From NCBI RefSeq assembly GCF_038025025.1, contig NW_027117344.1:310001-374000 (forward strand): a stretch of 64,000 nt of DNA. Direction: 5' to 3'. This document shows, one piece after another, positions 1 to 10,753 of the stretch. The first letter of the stretch is position 1; every line of letters starts with the position of its first letter. The translations under genes and the position numbers were made by a program. Below the pieces are notes generated by a model. It saw only the letters and a program-made list of their open reading frames with translations, was not told the DNA's origin and did no database searches. This DNA is from Phyllosticta citribraziliensis. Taxonomy: Eukaryota.

Positions 1-1854
1 CAAATATCCACCCGGATGGGCTCCTTGCAGCTTGCGCCGGATGGCCACCTGCGTTACTATGGCGCCACCTCTAATATCCTGTGTGATTTCCCCGACACCG
101 ACCACACCCAGACCAGGCGAACCGTCCGGAGAGATGGTCGGGACGTGCTTGAGGCTGCCAACTTGGACAAGACGGTGGATCCATCCATCGAGGGACATTT
201 GATCAGCCTCTACTTTGCCTGGCAGGAGCCTTTTTTCCATGTCGTCGACGAGAAGATGTACCACATTGGAAAGGAGGAGTGGCGCCAAGAAAAGAAGGAC
301 GTTGCCTATTACTCCGAGGTCCTCACAAATGCCATGTGTGCGGCCGGCGCGGCCTTTGACGCTCGATACCACCCCAATTTCGTGACTTGGCCAAAATCTC
401 TGTCTGACTATTTTGCCGACCGAGCAAAGGCTTTGTTGGAACTGGAGATGGACAGTCCCTGCATTGCGACAGTCCAGGCCTTGGTCATTCTTGGAAGTCA
501 CGAAATGGCTTGCAAAAGGGACGCACGGGGTTGGCTCTATAGCGGAATGGCCATGCGCCTGGCGTTTGACCTTGGCCTGCACCTTGACATGTCCTCTTAT
601 GTAAGACAGGGCAAAATCAGTGCGACTGAAGCCGAGATTCGCCGTGTAACGTTTTGGGGTGCCTATATTGTGGACCATCTCTCTGGATTCTACTATGGGA
701 GACCGGTTCGCATCAACAATGGCGACATTTCTGTGGCCAAGCCGACGTCTGATCCGTCATCGGCCATAATGAGCGCCTGGGTGCCGTACGGTTTGCACAG
801 CCCAATGGCCTCGGATCCTTCATTGATGTTTCAGGTCCCATTGGAACTAGTCTCTCGTGCTACGGTCGAGTTGTGCGAAATCATGGAGCCCCTTGGCCAT
901 GTCCTCTATGGCGTTTCCAACATTTCGCGCCAAGATCTCCATCTTCTTTCTTACAAGGTCACCGGCCAAATATTTGAATGGAAAGCCAATCTGCAGCCTC
1001 TTCTCCAGGTCGACTACCAGGACACCAACACTGCCTACCTACCGCAAGTGTTGTTGCTTCACATGCTCTACCACCAGTTTATCATTTACATTCACCGACC
1101 GTACGTCTCCAGAACCTACATTCAGCCGTCTCCGCCACAGGGTCCTGGTCATATGCACGCCCAGCAAATGTGCATCGAAAGCGCAACCGCCATTGTCGAG
1201 CTTCTGCGTCTGTACGAGCAACGCTACACTTTTCGCCGCATGAATATCCAAGCGGTGTCCATCATCTTTACCACCTCTTTAATTCTCATCTTTCTCATTT
1301 GCTCCAAGCAGCGCGGCTCGCCTCCCCCTGTGACGGCAAGCTCCCCCTCGACGGCCAATGCCACTGAAAACGCCGTGGCATATCTCAGCGTCTGCTTCCG
1401 CGCCCTCGAGGACCTCACGCAAAGCTACGACAGTGCGCGCAGGACACGCGAGTTTCTCGTCGCTCTCCAGCAGCGCTGGCAAAAACAAGCTCGCAACCAC
1501 GGTGGCAAACGCGGCCTCAAAGACCGTTCCACGGCCGCATCGCCTCGACATGAAAAGAAACGACCACGAGCCAGCACCTATGACGTCGCAGCTGGTGGAC
1601 CTCAGGGCATTGTTGGCAACGGCAACCTGACGCGACACAATTCCCTCGTTGGAACTTCGGCAGTGTCAAGAGGGGTTGCAGCACCGAACAACCACGGCGA
1701 CCTACAAGAGTTTGACTATTCTGGATTCGGCGGCCCCGACTTTGCGGCTGCAGCGTCCGCGAGAGAACAACACCACAGTCCGGATTCTCTAGGCGAAGAC
1801 TTGTTGGCGCAGCTGTGCTCGATTGGACCGGCGGGGTCAGTCACGTTTCCTTGA
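1..1854 (+). CDS. Fungal-specific transcription factor (Fungal_trans middle homology region, Zn2Cys6 class); 5' end lies upstream of the window
   Basis: Frame is open from base 1. Motifs GHLRYYGATSN, YFAWQEP, ATVQALVILG..E....DARGWLYSGMAMRLAFDLGLH and RRVTFWGAYIVD..GRP are typical of the family. No Zn2Cys6 cluster in the window. Confidence 0.9.
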   Translation, partial: QISTRMGSLQLAPDGHLRYYGATSNILCDFPDTDHTQTRRTVRRDGRDVLEAANLDKTVDPSIEGHLISLYFAWQEPFFHVVDEKMYHIGKEEWRQEKKDVAYYSEVLTNAMCAAGAAFDARYHPNFVTWPKSLSDYFADRAKALLELEMDSPCIATVQALVILGSHEMACKRDARGWLYSGMAMRLAFDLGLHLDMSSYVRQGKISATEAEIRRVTFWGAYIVDHLSGFYYGRPVRINNGDISVAKPTSDPSSAIMSAWVPYGLHSPMASDPSLMFQVPLELVSRATVELCEIMEPLGHVLYGVSNISRQDLHLLSYKVTGQIFEWKANLQPLLQVDYQDTNTAYLPQVLLLHMLYHQFIIYIHRPYVSRTYIQPSPPQGPGHMHAQQMCIESATAIVELLRLYEQRYTFRRMNIQAVSIIFTTSLILIFLICSKQRGSPPPVTASSPSTANATENAVAYLSVCFRALEDLTQSYDSARRTREFLVALQQRWQKQARNHGGKRGLKDRSTAASPRHEKKRPRASTYDVAAGGPQGIVGNGNLTRHNSLVGTSAVSRGVAAPNNHGDLQEFDYSGFGGPDFAAAASAREQHHSPDSLGEDLLAQLCSIGPAGSVTFP

Positions 1855-2387
1855 AGACTGACGAGGCAATCTTTCCCCGTCGACAGCCCGCGTGATGCGA
1901 GCAAGGGTCCCCGCCTCATCGTCATCTTGGAGTCAACCCATTGCGCACAGCTTGATGCGCCATTACGGCAGGCAAAATACCTGCCGAGACTCGTGCCGGG
2001 CTCTGGTTTGAAAACCGGATCATGTTCCCGATCAGTGACGAAGGCGGCGGTTAATCTGCGAAGTACAATGGTATGTGTTGCAATTTGCCCAAGCCGTGGA
2101 TCTAGGAGGGTTCTTTCGTAGCGATCGTTTCGTTTGTTTATGTTGGTGTTTATAGTATGCCGTCCCTGTTGGATGGTGTGTCAACAATACAAATCCGGTT
2201 GTATGTCGAGTCTGACTGTTGTGTTGCAGGTCTGTGAAGTGGAACTGGCTACCCTTGGATTGTCACTTCCTCAGAACGGTGCTTCAACACCACCGCAGGC
2301 CTTGTCTGTTAAGCTACACACTCAACCTATCCATATGTCGCCGAATCTCCCACTCATCAGCGCGTCTGTCGCGTCAAACAACCGTCA

Positions 2388-4631
2388 ATGGCGCACCAGA
2401 CGCTTCTCAAAGCCCTATGCATCTTCGTCGCTCTGGCCGCCTCACCACTCGCGCATTCCTATCCCATCTCGACCTCCCACTCGACGCGACCACGCCATGT
2501 GCTTCCCGCGCTCCCCGCGCTCCCCACGACACGCTCGGAGACGGTGAACGCCACGGACGAGCATCCACGCTGCCCCAGCTGCCCCGGCAACGGCGACCTG
2601 TACGGGCTGGGCATCCGGCTGGGCATCTATCTGCAGTGGATGTCGAGCCACATTCTACATACGGTGTCGCCGGCCAGCGCTGCCGCCACGCACGACGCCA
2701 ACTCGGTCTTCCTGCTGGCCATTCTGATTGCGCTGACGACGGGCACGGCGCGCCAGCGCAAGTGGATCCGCGCCGAGGAGGCCTATATTGTGCTGCTCGT
2801 GGCGTGGGGCTTTGTCGGGACCGTTGTTAGCGTTACGGGCGTGCGGTTGGGGGGTTTGGAAGGCCGCAGCGTTTGTGGATGGGGGTGGGTGAAGAGGAGG
2901 ATTCGCGGTTGGGTTTGGAGGAAACGTGCACGAGGGAAGAACGAGGGGAAAGGCAAGATTGGAGAAGAGTTGGATGCCCGGTGGTGGAGTCCGCTAAAAA
3001 GCTTCTGGGCACGCACGCCGGCGGAGAAGAAGACGGCATCACCGCGACGGCGACGCAAGCGCGTCTTGCGCCTCACGCTGGGCGCCGCCTCAGTCGTCAA
3101 GCACCCCAGCTTCTCGTGGGCCGGCGTCTTTTGGCGCAGCAGCATCCTGTCGTACCTGACCGCCCTCAACGCATGGGTGTGGTGGTCGCGCGTCGAAGAC
3201 TGGGAGGTGAAGGCGCGCGGCGGCAAGGCGTGTGCGGAGCCACCCACCTTTGCAAAGAACGGCTGCGTCCACCACGTCTTCTTCTTTGGGTCGCACCCGC
3301 TGGAGAATGGCGGCCTGATGAAGACGCTGCGGATCCTCTCGATCGTCCTCGCTGTGCCGGCGCTGTTGTTTAGCGTCGCGATTGCGCTCGTCTCGCTTGT
3401 CGTGCTGGCGTTTGTCGTCCAGGTCTTGCTGCTCGCCGTGAGGCAGAAGGTCAAGGCGTAGAGCGTCCTTGGCCGCGCTGCTGTTGCTCGCGTCGTGGCA
3501 TGCGGCCGCAGGCGGACTGACTGCGACGGCACCTCGGACCATATTACAACCCCTGACGCTGCGGCACCCTCTCGCGCGACACATCAAAAGACTGTCTCCT
3601 GGCCGCGCACCCTCTCTTCTTCCAAGTCACCTGCATCCGCCGCGCCACCTCCAAGAAAGACGCCGGTGCTCTCGAAACCCAAACCCAAGCCCAAATCTAA
3701 ACTGCCCACCAACACCAACGACAACACCACCGAACGACCACGCCATCTCCGTCGCTCTTCCTCGTGGTCTGTCGCCGCCGCCGCCACCGCCGCCTCGTCG
3801 GCCTTGGGAAAGCCTCTCCTGCTGGGCGTCCGCGATGTCATCACGCAGTGGTTCGTAAAAAAGGAGGCGGAGCAGCTGATGACGGGCCGACGGACGCAGA
3901 ATGCGCAAGTGCACGAGGAAGAGGAGAGGCAGCGCGAGGAAGAGGCGCGGCAGGCAGAAAAAGGGCGCCCGCCTCCCAGTCAGGACTTGGCTGTGGTCTG
4001 GAAGCCGTTCATGACGCTCATGATGAACCGGGGCGAGGGGCCCGACGAAGCAGACGAAGACGGCCGCGCCACCAGCAGCCACGCCCACGGCACCCCATCA
4101 ATGAGCAGCAGACGACGGACCCTACATCCTCACCCTGCCCGTACCTCGCCATCTCCCTCATCCCCCTCCCCCTGCCCCTCCTCCCCACGCCTCACACCGC
4201 ACCTCCTCACGCTAATCCCGCTCCTCCTCTTCGTCACGAGCATCGAAACCTCGCTGCGCCTGGCGCGCCTCAGCGCCATCAACGACATCTCCAGCATCGG
4301 CCAGCTCATCCCGTTCATCATCGGCCTGGCGTCCTTCGCCGCCAGCTGCCGCGAGGTGCTGCTCGTCGTGTATCGCCGCCGCCACCCGGACTGGCGCGAT
4401 TGGGCGTGGGAGGTGCGCACGGGCGGCGTGGGCGGTGCCAGGGCGCGCGTTTTGCGGCCGCGGCGCGAGAAGAGGTGGGACGGTGAGCGTGAGCGGCGGG
4501 ACTTGGACGGGAAGGAGGGCGTGTTGGCGTGGTGGGCGGCGCTGAGGCGGCGACGTGCGTTGGGAGGCGGCGGCGGCGGCGGTGGTGGTGGTGGTGTGCG
4601 TGCGGCGAAGGGGGAGAGGAAGCGTAGGTAG
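2388..4631 (+). CDS. Conserved fungal multi-pass membrane protein of unknown function, interrupted by one in-frame TAG at 3459-3461 (possible pseudogene, or stop removed by splicing or recoding)
   Basis: Signal-peptide-like N-terminus. N-terminal family motif NGDLYGLGIRLGIYLQW is in ORF 2388-3461. C-terminal motif SIETSLRLARLSAINDISSIGQLIPFIIG is in ORF 3495-4631. Both ORFs share one frame and only the TAG separates them. Confidence 0.7.
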
Positions 4632-5000
4632 GTAGGTGTGCGGGTGGTGATGGCGCTGTGAAGGTGGCTAACTCCGCCTGTGTATTTGTAGATTGGTAGG
4701 TAGGTAGGTAGTGCGACGCGTAGGCGGACGCCGTAAGTAGACGTGCGTAGCCTTCCTTGTTGCCAGCAGGCTGTCTAGACGGGGTCGAGCGTTGTCTCTT
4801 TCTTGGGTACCTATTCTACTCCTCTGAGTTCTCTTCTTGCCTGCTATTGCTGCTGTGATGTTCATGGTTTCTATGGTCAATGGCGTCCGTGTGTTCCTGT
4901 ATAGGAACCGCTGTGGGTAGCCGGGCATAGGGCTATTAGATGAAAGCACAGTCCGCTTAAAGAGACAACTGTGCTGCAATATCGAACGTAGCGGCAGAGT

Positions 5001-5645
5001 GCAGAGGGAAATCTAGATATCAGCCTTCTAATCTATGGCTGAAAGAGGCAATCGCTCTATAATTTCGCACGTAGTGGGTGACTCGTAAGTAACTGTAGAG
5101 GGAAATGTAGATATCAGACCTCTTATCCTTAGCTGAAGGAGGCAATCATTTAGCAACTTTGGACGTCGTGGGTGACTAAGAGAGGAAATGTAGATATAAG
5201 AGTATTAAACAGTCTGCCATACAGTGTCCTTGATGACTTAAAGAGGCTATTGTTTCGCAACTTTAAACGTAGTGGGTGACTCATAAGTGATTGCAGAGGG
5301 AAGTGCATGAATCAGACTTCTGATCACTGGCCAAAAGAGGCAATTGTTCGCTAACTTTGGATGTAGTTGGTGTATGCAGAAGGAAAACACAACTAGGCAG
5401 ACGGGTGAAGAAGCTCTGCTACGTTTAAACTTATTTTTTCTTAGCTCAAAGAGGCAATCAATTCACAAACTTCAAACGTAGTGGGTGACTGCAGAGGAAA
5501 ATCCAGATATGAACGAGTTAGTGTAGAGGGAAACTAGATATGAATGAATGAGTATAGAGAGGAATCCAGAATTGGAAGCTGTACTATGTCTGAAGTTGTA
5601 TCTGATTCTCCTAAAGAGGTAACCATTTTGCAGCTTCAGAAATAG
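5001..5645. repeat. Degenerate AT-rich tandem array, ~83-115 bp units, about 6 copies plus partial copies
   Basis: Block GYAGAGGRAAAT(C/G)TAGATAT or variants recurs at ~5001, 5095, 5179, 5293, 5376, 5491, 5524 and 5554. In the first five units it is followed by AAAGAGGCAAT and ACGTAGTGGGTGACT or variants. Confidence 0.85.
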
Positions 5646-8600
5646 AAAGATAATGAGTAAAGAGGCACAGCCCAGTAGGTGTCAAGAGAAATGAGACACC
5701 CTGAGTCTCCTTAAGCGCAACTACATCAGTGAATGAATGCTCCCAAATTGTAGATATAGAAGTAATGAAAGCTCTTTAAGCGCACTCACAATTCTAGAAG
5801 GTCGTGTGAAAAAGACATTGTGGAGCAGTTTACTAGCCTCTACTCTTAACAGAAGTGTCATAAACCTGTAGCAAGATGCCATGTCCAAAGTTACTGAAAT
5901 TTCAGACGTCCTCTTCATGGTGCGTGCAATTGCAGAAGCTACATCGCGTCCGGCGCTGAATCTATCCACGTGCTTGAGTCAGGAGCGCATCCAACACATG
6001 CTTGCCCTCCTTTTATGAGACTGACAAGCTTACTGAGCCCCGGACGAATTGACGGGTAGAGGAACAGGAGAGGTTCCCAGGTAGGTTCCTCCACAACGTC
6101 TGCTGTTGTAGAACCCAGAGTAATGGGAAACGATGTCAAGTGAACAATTGCTGTCTGAGAGGAAAGAAGGTCAACCAAAATCGACTTTGTGGAGAGATGG
6201 GTAAGTGCAAGCCCTGATTCGAAAGAAAACGATCGCTATACGCCAGTCTTTGCCGCAAAATACCAAGAAGCCGCGATCTTGACCCTCAATCTTCAGGCAA
6301 GTTGACCGCGCTGGTGAACAATCTATGCTCCTCAGTACAACGTTTGCGGGCTGGTTTGTCCGAGAAGGAGGTGAGTGTTCTAGACGATGGCATGAACACC
6401 CCAACATTTGAAATATGGTCAACGGGCTGCAGAATTCTTGCTCCACAATCTCTTCAACAGGATCGGATTTTCAACCAACCGTCCGCAACTCTGGTCGAGT
6501 CACGTGTGTAGGCTTAGTCACCTCGACAAACAAATTCCGTCTGCCATTTCGCGAAGCGCGCCGACCTTCAACAACTTCCACAATCAAGCGACTGGATTCA
6601 TCATCGCCGCAACGCGCCATGAACCATCCTTCTGTTGCCAATGCCAACGACTGAGGTTCCTTCGCGTGACGTCAACGCGTTGCCGCGCGTTGCTGACCTC
6701 CGCATCCGCCTCAACCATGGAGTCTCGGGTCCCCTCGCCCATCAGACGGCTCCAACCAAGCCCCGGAGGTATCGTCAAAAGCCGACGACAGTGTCAGCTG
6801 TCAGACTGGAAACTGCCGGGGCACGTTTGCGTTTGACAGGTGCGCAATGGCCGCGTAGAGACGTGGAGAAGGCGTCACGCGCGAAACAAAGTGCCGACAA
6901 GCTCAATGGCTCAGGAGACGGGCTAGACGATGCGACAGCACGAGCGTGTTGGGCAGGGCGAGTGTGAATGATGCGACAGACGCTAGGTTGTTTGAAAAGA
7001 GAAGATAGGGTCTATTTCGGGGGTCCACAACGATTCAAGGCGGTCTTGCAACTATCCCCGGCACTACGAGAAGCCATGATTGGCCCGCGGAATTCGGGAG
7101 CTGGACAAGGTCTGCCCAGCATCAGAACCAAACTTCAACGCCTTGCCGGATACGGTAAGTCGCGGGGTCGCGGAGACGACCTTCGCCCTCCAGATCCACA
7201 TCATACGAGCTGTGCCGCCTTGAGAAACACGGCAGCAACGCGGAACAGAAACTCGCACTGCTCTGCGCTTCGCTGAGCTCTGCTTAGGATTAGGCTTAGG
7301 GTACCTCGTGCGTGCGTCCGCGCCGAACCCAATCGCGCCCGCGTTGCCGGCATGAAACGCGCCGCGTTAGACAGCTGTTCCCGTCGTCGGCGCTGGCCAC
7401 GAGAGAATCCGACCATCAGTGGACCCTGACGCCGCCAGGACGCTAAATCTTTTTCCAAAATAGGCGCGCTGCCAGCACAGTGATTGACACGCCGAAGCTG
7501 GAAAAAAGGTGCGACTCGCGGCCCTGATTAGCTGGCCTCAGAGAAATTGTCCCTGCCTGACCGCGGGCTAGCGTCTGGTGGATTCTAGGCGCCGCTTTGC
7601 TTGCCCTTCCCTGGACCACGATTCTGCAATGCCCGGACAAGGTTCAAAGGCAGGATTCGGATGCCGCCGTGGAAGAGCGAGGAAAGTTTTCTTGCGGGGG
7701 ACAAGATGGCTTGAATTGGAAAGTATTCCGATGCAGCGCGCTACAATTGGCCTGTTGTATATCGCAGAACGTGATGGCCGTTTTTCAAAGTCAAATGTTC
7801 GCAATCCGCTCTGCTGCCTATGCTTCATGGCCAAGACCTGCACATCGAGCCGTCCATGCTCTCCTCTCGCCCTTCATGGCGTCAGCAGTCTGAAGCTTCA
7901 GACCCTGTGCATTTTGCACAGCAAACCTTTCTTTCATGACTGATCTCCGGCTTTGCAGCCTTATTTTGCAGTCTACAGGGCTTCTTCTAGGGTGCGTGTA
8001 GTCGACTCTAGCACGCAATGGTTTAGACCTTGTGCAAACCCGGGTTGACAAGGAAGACTGTGCTTGTCAGCGGAAGGTATCGAAACCCTCCACTCGGCTA
8101 AAGCCCCGCGGGACATCAGGCATATCCACAGGAGCACCGACGTTGAAGCTGCACGACTGCGGATGCTTGATTTCAAATCACTCCAGGAAGCCGCCGAAAA
8201 TGCCTCAGAAAGATCAGCAAGATAGTCTTGTGAGACCGGTCACTTGATAACTGTTGATCTCGAGTCGCACACGCCCAGAGTGGCTGACGGCGAAGAGGGG
8301 GATAGAGTGGTGTTCAGAAAAAGACGAAACGTGCGGTACCTGCGTCCATGACGCACCAATGCCACGCAGCGTGCGTCAAAAGGCGCGTTTGTCCGCCTTC
8401 AACAGGTACGGCATGTAAGGTACCCAGGCAATCAGGCATGCAAACCCTGAAGTCCCCTATCACTTCAGGGATGCAGAATGTCCCTCGCGCTTCTACCCAG
8501 ATATCCTTGTGCATGCGCCCGGCAAGAATCCATGATTGACCCTGGAAAACAGACTTCAAAGTGTCGCTCCCTGCTACGCACGCGGCGGCCCAACACCTTT

Positions 8601-10721
8601 TGCTTCCCGTGTCCGAGGCATCCCCGGTTCGACTCAACTACGAGGAACAAGAATTTTCTGCCCCACGTCTTCGCCTGCCTCTGTCGGGCCGGCTTCTGCC
8701 TGTCCAGGATTTTGCCAAACCATGCTGATCAAGAAGTACGGAGTCGAGTTTCGAAGCTTTGAAAGTAACATCGCGGTTGTGCCGTTCAATTTACTCCCCA
8801 CATCCCAGCTAGCGATCTACACGCACCCGCCAGCCGGCCCGTCGCCCGCACCGTATCCGTATCAGATCTCGATCTACGTACCTGCCAGCCAGCCAGCAGT
8901 CCACGTTCACAACCACACGTCTCTCTATCACCACGTCTGTCTGCCCGTCTTGCCGTCGGCCTTGCCGTCCGCTAGAATGCTGCTATTCTCGGACCCACGA
9001 TATGGCCTCCCCTTCGATTTTGGACGCCAGAACAACTCTCTTCTTCCTAAAAATTCTTGAGACACCACATCAAACTGGTTTTCCAAACAGGCCAGGAGCT
9101 CTCACGCACCCCACACCCCTGTCCACCAGCGCCCTGCTTCCTCCCCGAACGGACTCCGCACGGTGCCGAGGCTCGCCCTCGTCGACCGATGGTGGATGCG
9201 TGTTGCACGAGATGGTTATCGACAGAGGAGAGACTTGTGGTGTCGTCTCACCACAAAACCTGCGTGCGTTGTCCGAGTCGTGTGAGATGGACTTCGACTA
9301 CGAGGCCGGGCATCACTGACCCCTGTCTTGACTTGGACTGGAATGCCGCTTGTCCGTCGCTGCCATGCTCTCCCCTGCCCCGTTCGTTTTGCCCTGCGTT
9401 GCCCTCTTCTTTCGCCTGTCCCGTCCGCCTGAACGTCATGGCTTGGCTTTTGCTTCGACGTCGGCTCGTCAGCTTCGAGGTGTTTGTCCTCAGATGCAGA
9501 GTATACCCACAAGATATTGCAGTGTATGGCAAGCAACACAGCAACATTGACGCTCCGCAGCCGGTGAGCAGCAGCGCCATCGCTCTAGCACAACTCTTTT
9601 ACCACCACACAGCCTGCCACTCCTCATACTCTTCCGCCCTACCTGCCGCCCTGCAAATCCATCTGCCCCACGCAGTACCCTTTCAACCTCTGCATGCAAC
9701 CCGGCGCAGTGCAGCACACGCCCAAAACCCCATCACACGCGCCCTCCCTGCAAGACGCTACAGCACGCCGTAATCAACCCCCGCCGCAACAATCCCTTCC
9801 TCTCCGTCCCTTTTCCTTTGCGCTCCCTGCGGCTGGTCTAGCAGGGCATTTGGGATTCATCCTTGAAGGGCATCCATCTCTCCACGAATCCTTCCCACAA
9901 CCCCGTCTTGTCAGCAAAACAGCACATCTGACGCACAACACACACAGACACAGCCAGCAGACGTGTGTTAGGCACCTACACCTACTCATCCACCCAGCTG
10001 CCGTACCCAAAGTCGTGTCGTGCTGTGTCGTGTTCCTGCGTTTGACGTTTGACGCGGCCATGTGTCTGTGACGTGCGTGCAGGTAAGACGGCAGTGGGTG
10101 GGTAGGTCAGGCCGTTGGGTTGGTAGGTATGTGGGTGTCGGCGGTGGGTGTCTGGCTGTCTGTCGGTCTGTCAGCCAAGCCAAGACTGGGGTATGGTGTT
10201 GTGAGAAGAGGCAGGGGGCGAGCTCGTCAGCGCGTTGGAATGGTGGTGATGGGTAGGCTTGAGCACGGAGAAGACGTCCACATCGAAATGCGGAGGGAGT
10301 TGAACGTCGCTTGTTCACGCCGTTTCCTACAAGCAAGAGACGAGATTGACTTGTTTGATATAGCAGTTAAACTCTCTAGTCTTTCTATCCGCATTGGTCC
10401 TTCTTCTTTCCGTTACGGCCCTTTTTCCAACGTCATGGAAGGAGGAAGGATCACCAATACAGGCAGTTCTGACGGCTACATAAGACACCAAGCCAATGCT
10501 CATGATGACAACAGACTTGTGCGTTCAGAGAACATGAACAAGGGCAAGGGAAAGAGAATCGTAAGTAAGCAGATCACAGTTTCTCTTTCTCTTCTACTCG
10601 TCTACCCTCCCAGGCGGCAATGGCACACATAGAGGCTGACAATTAGGACAAGGAGCCAAACGGCCCGAAAGAAGAGAAGGTGAATCAGTTGCATACATCT
10701 CCACCAACCGCTAGGAGCAGT

Positions 10722-10753
<32 letters not shown>

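Noticed and set aside
5001..5645. CRISPR-like or ankyrin-repeat reading of the array (plus-strand AEGNLDISLLIYG)
   Set aside because: Eukaryotic context with no cas genes, degenerate repeats, and several linkers homologous to each other. The plus frame has recurrent stops and the periods do not match the 99-bp ankyrin unit.
7286..7303. Telomere-like TTAGGA-TTAGGC-TTAGGG
   Set aside because: Only three degenerate units; compatible with chance.
8600..8645. tRNA T-loop-like GGTTCGACTC (also GGTTCGAATCC at ~56921)
   Set aside because: No T-stem pairing or cloverleaf; the second match lies inside the HET CDS.
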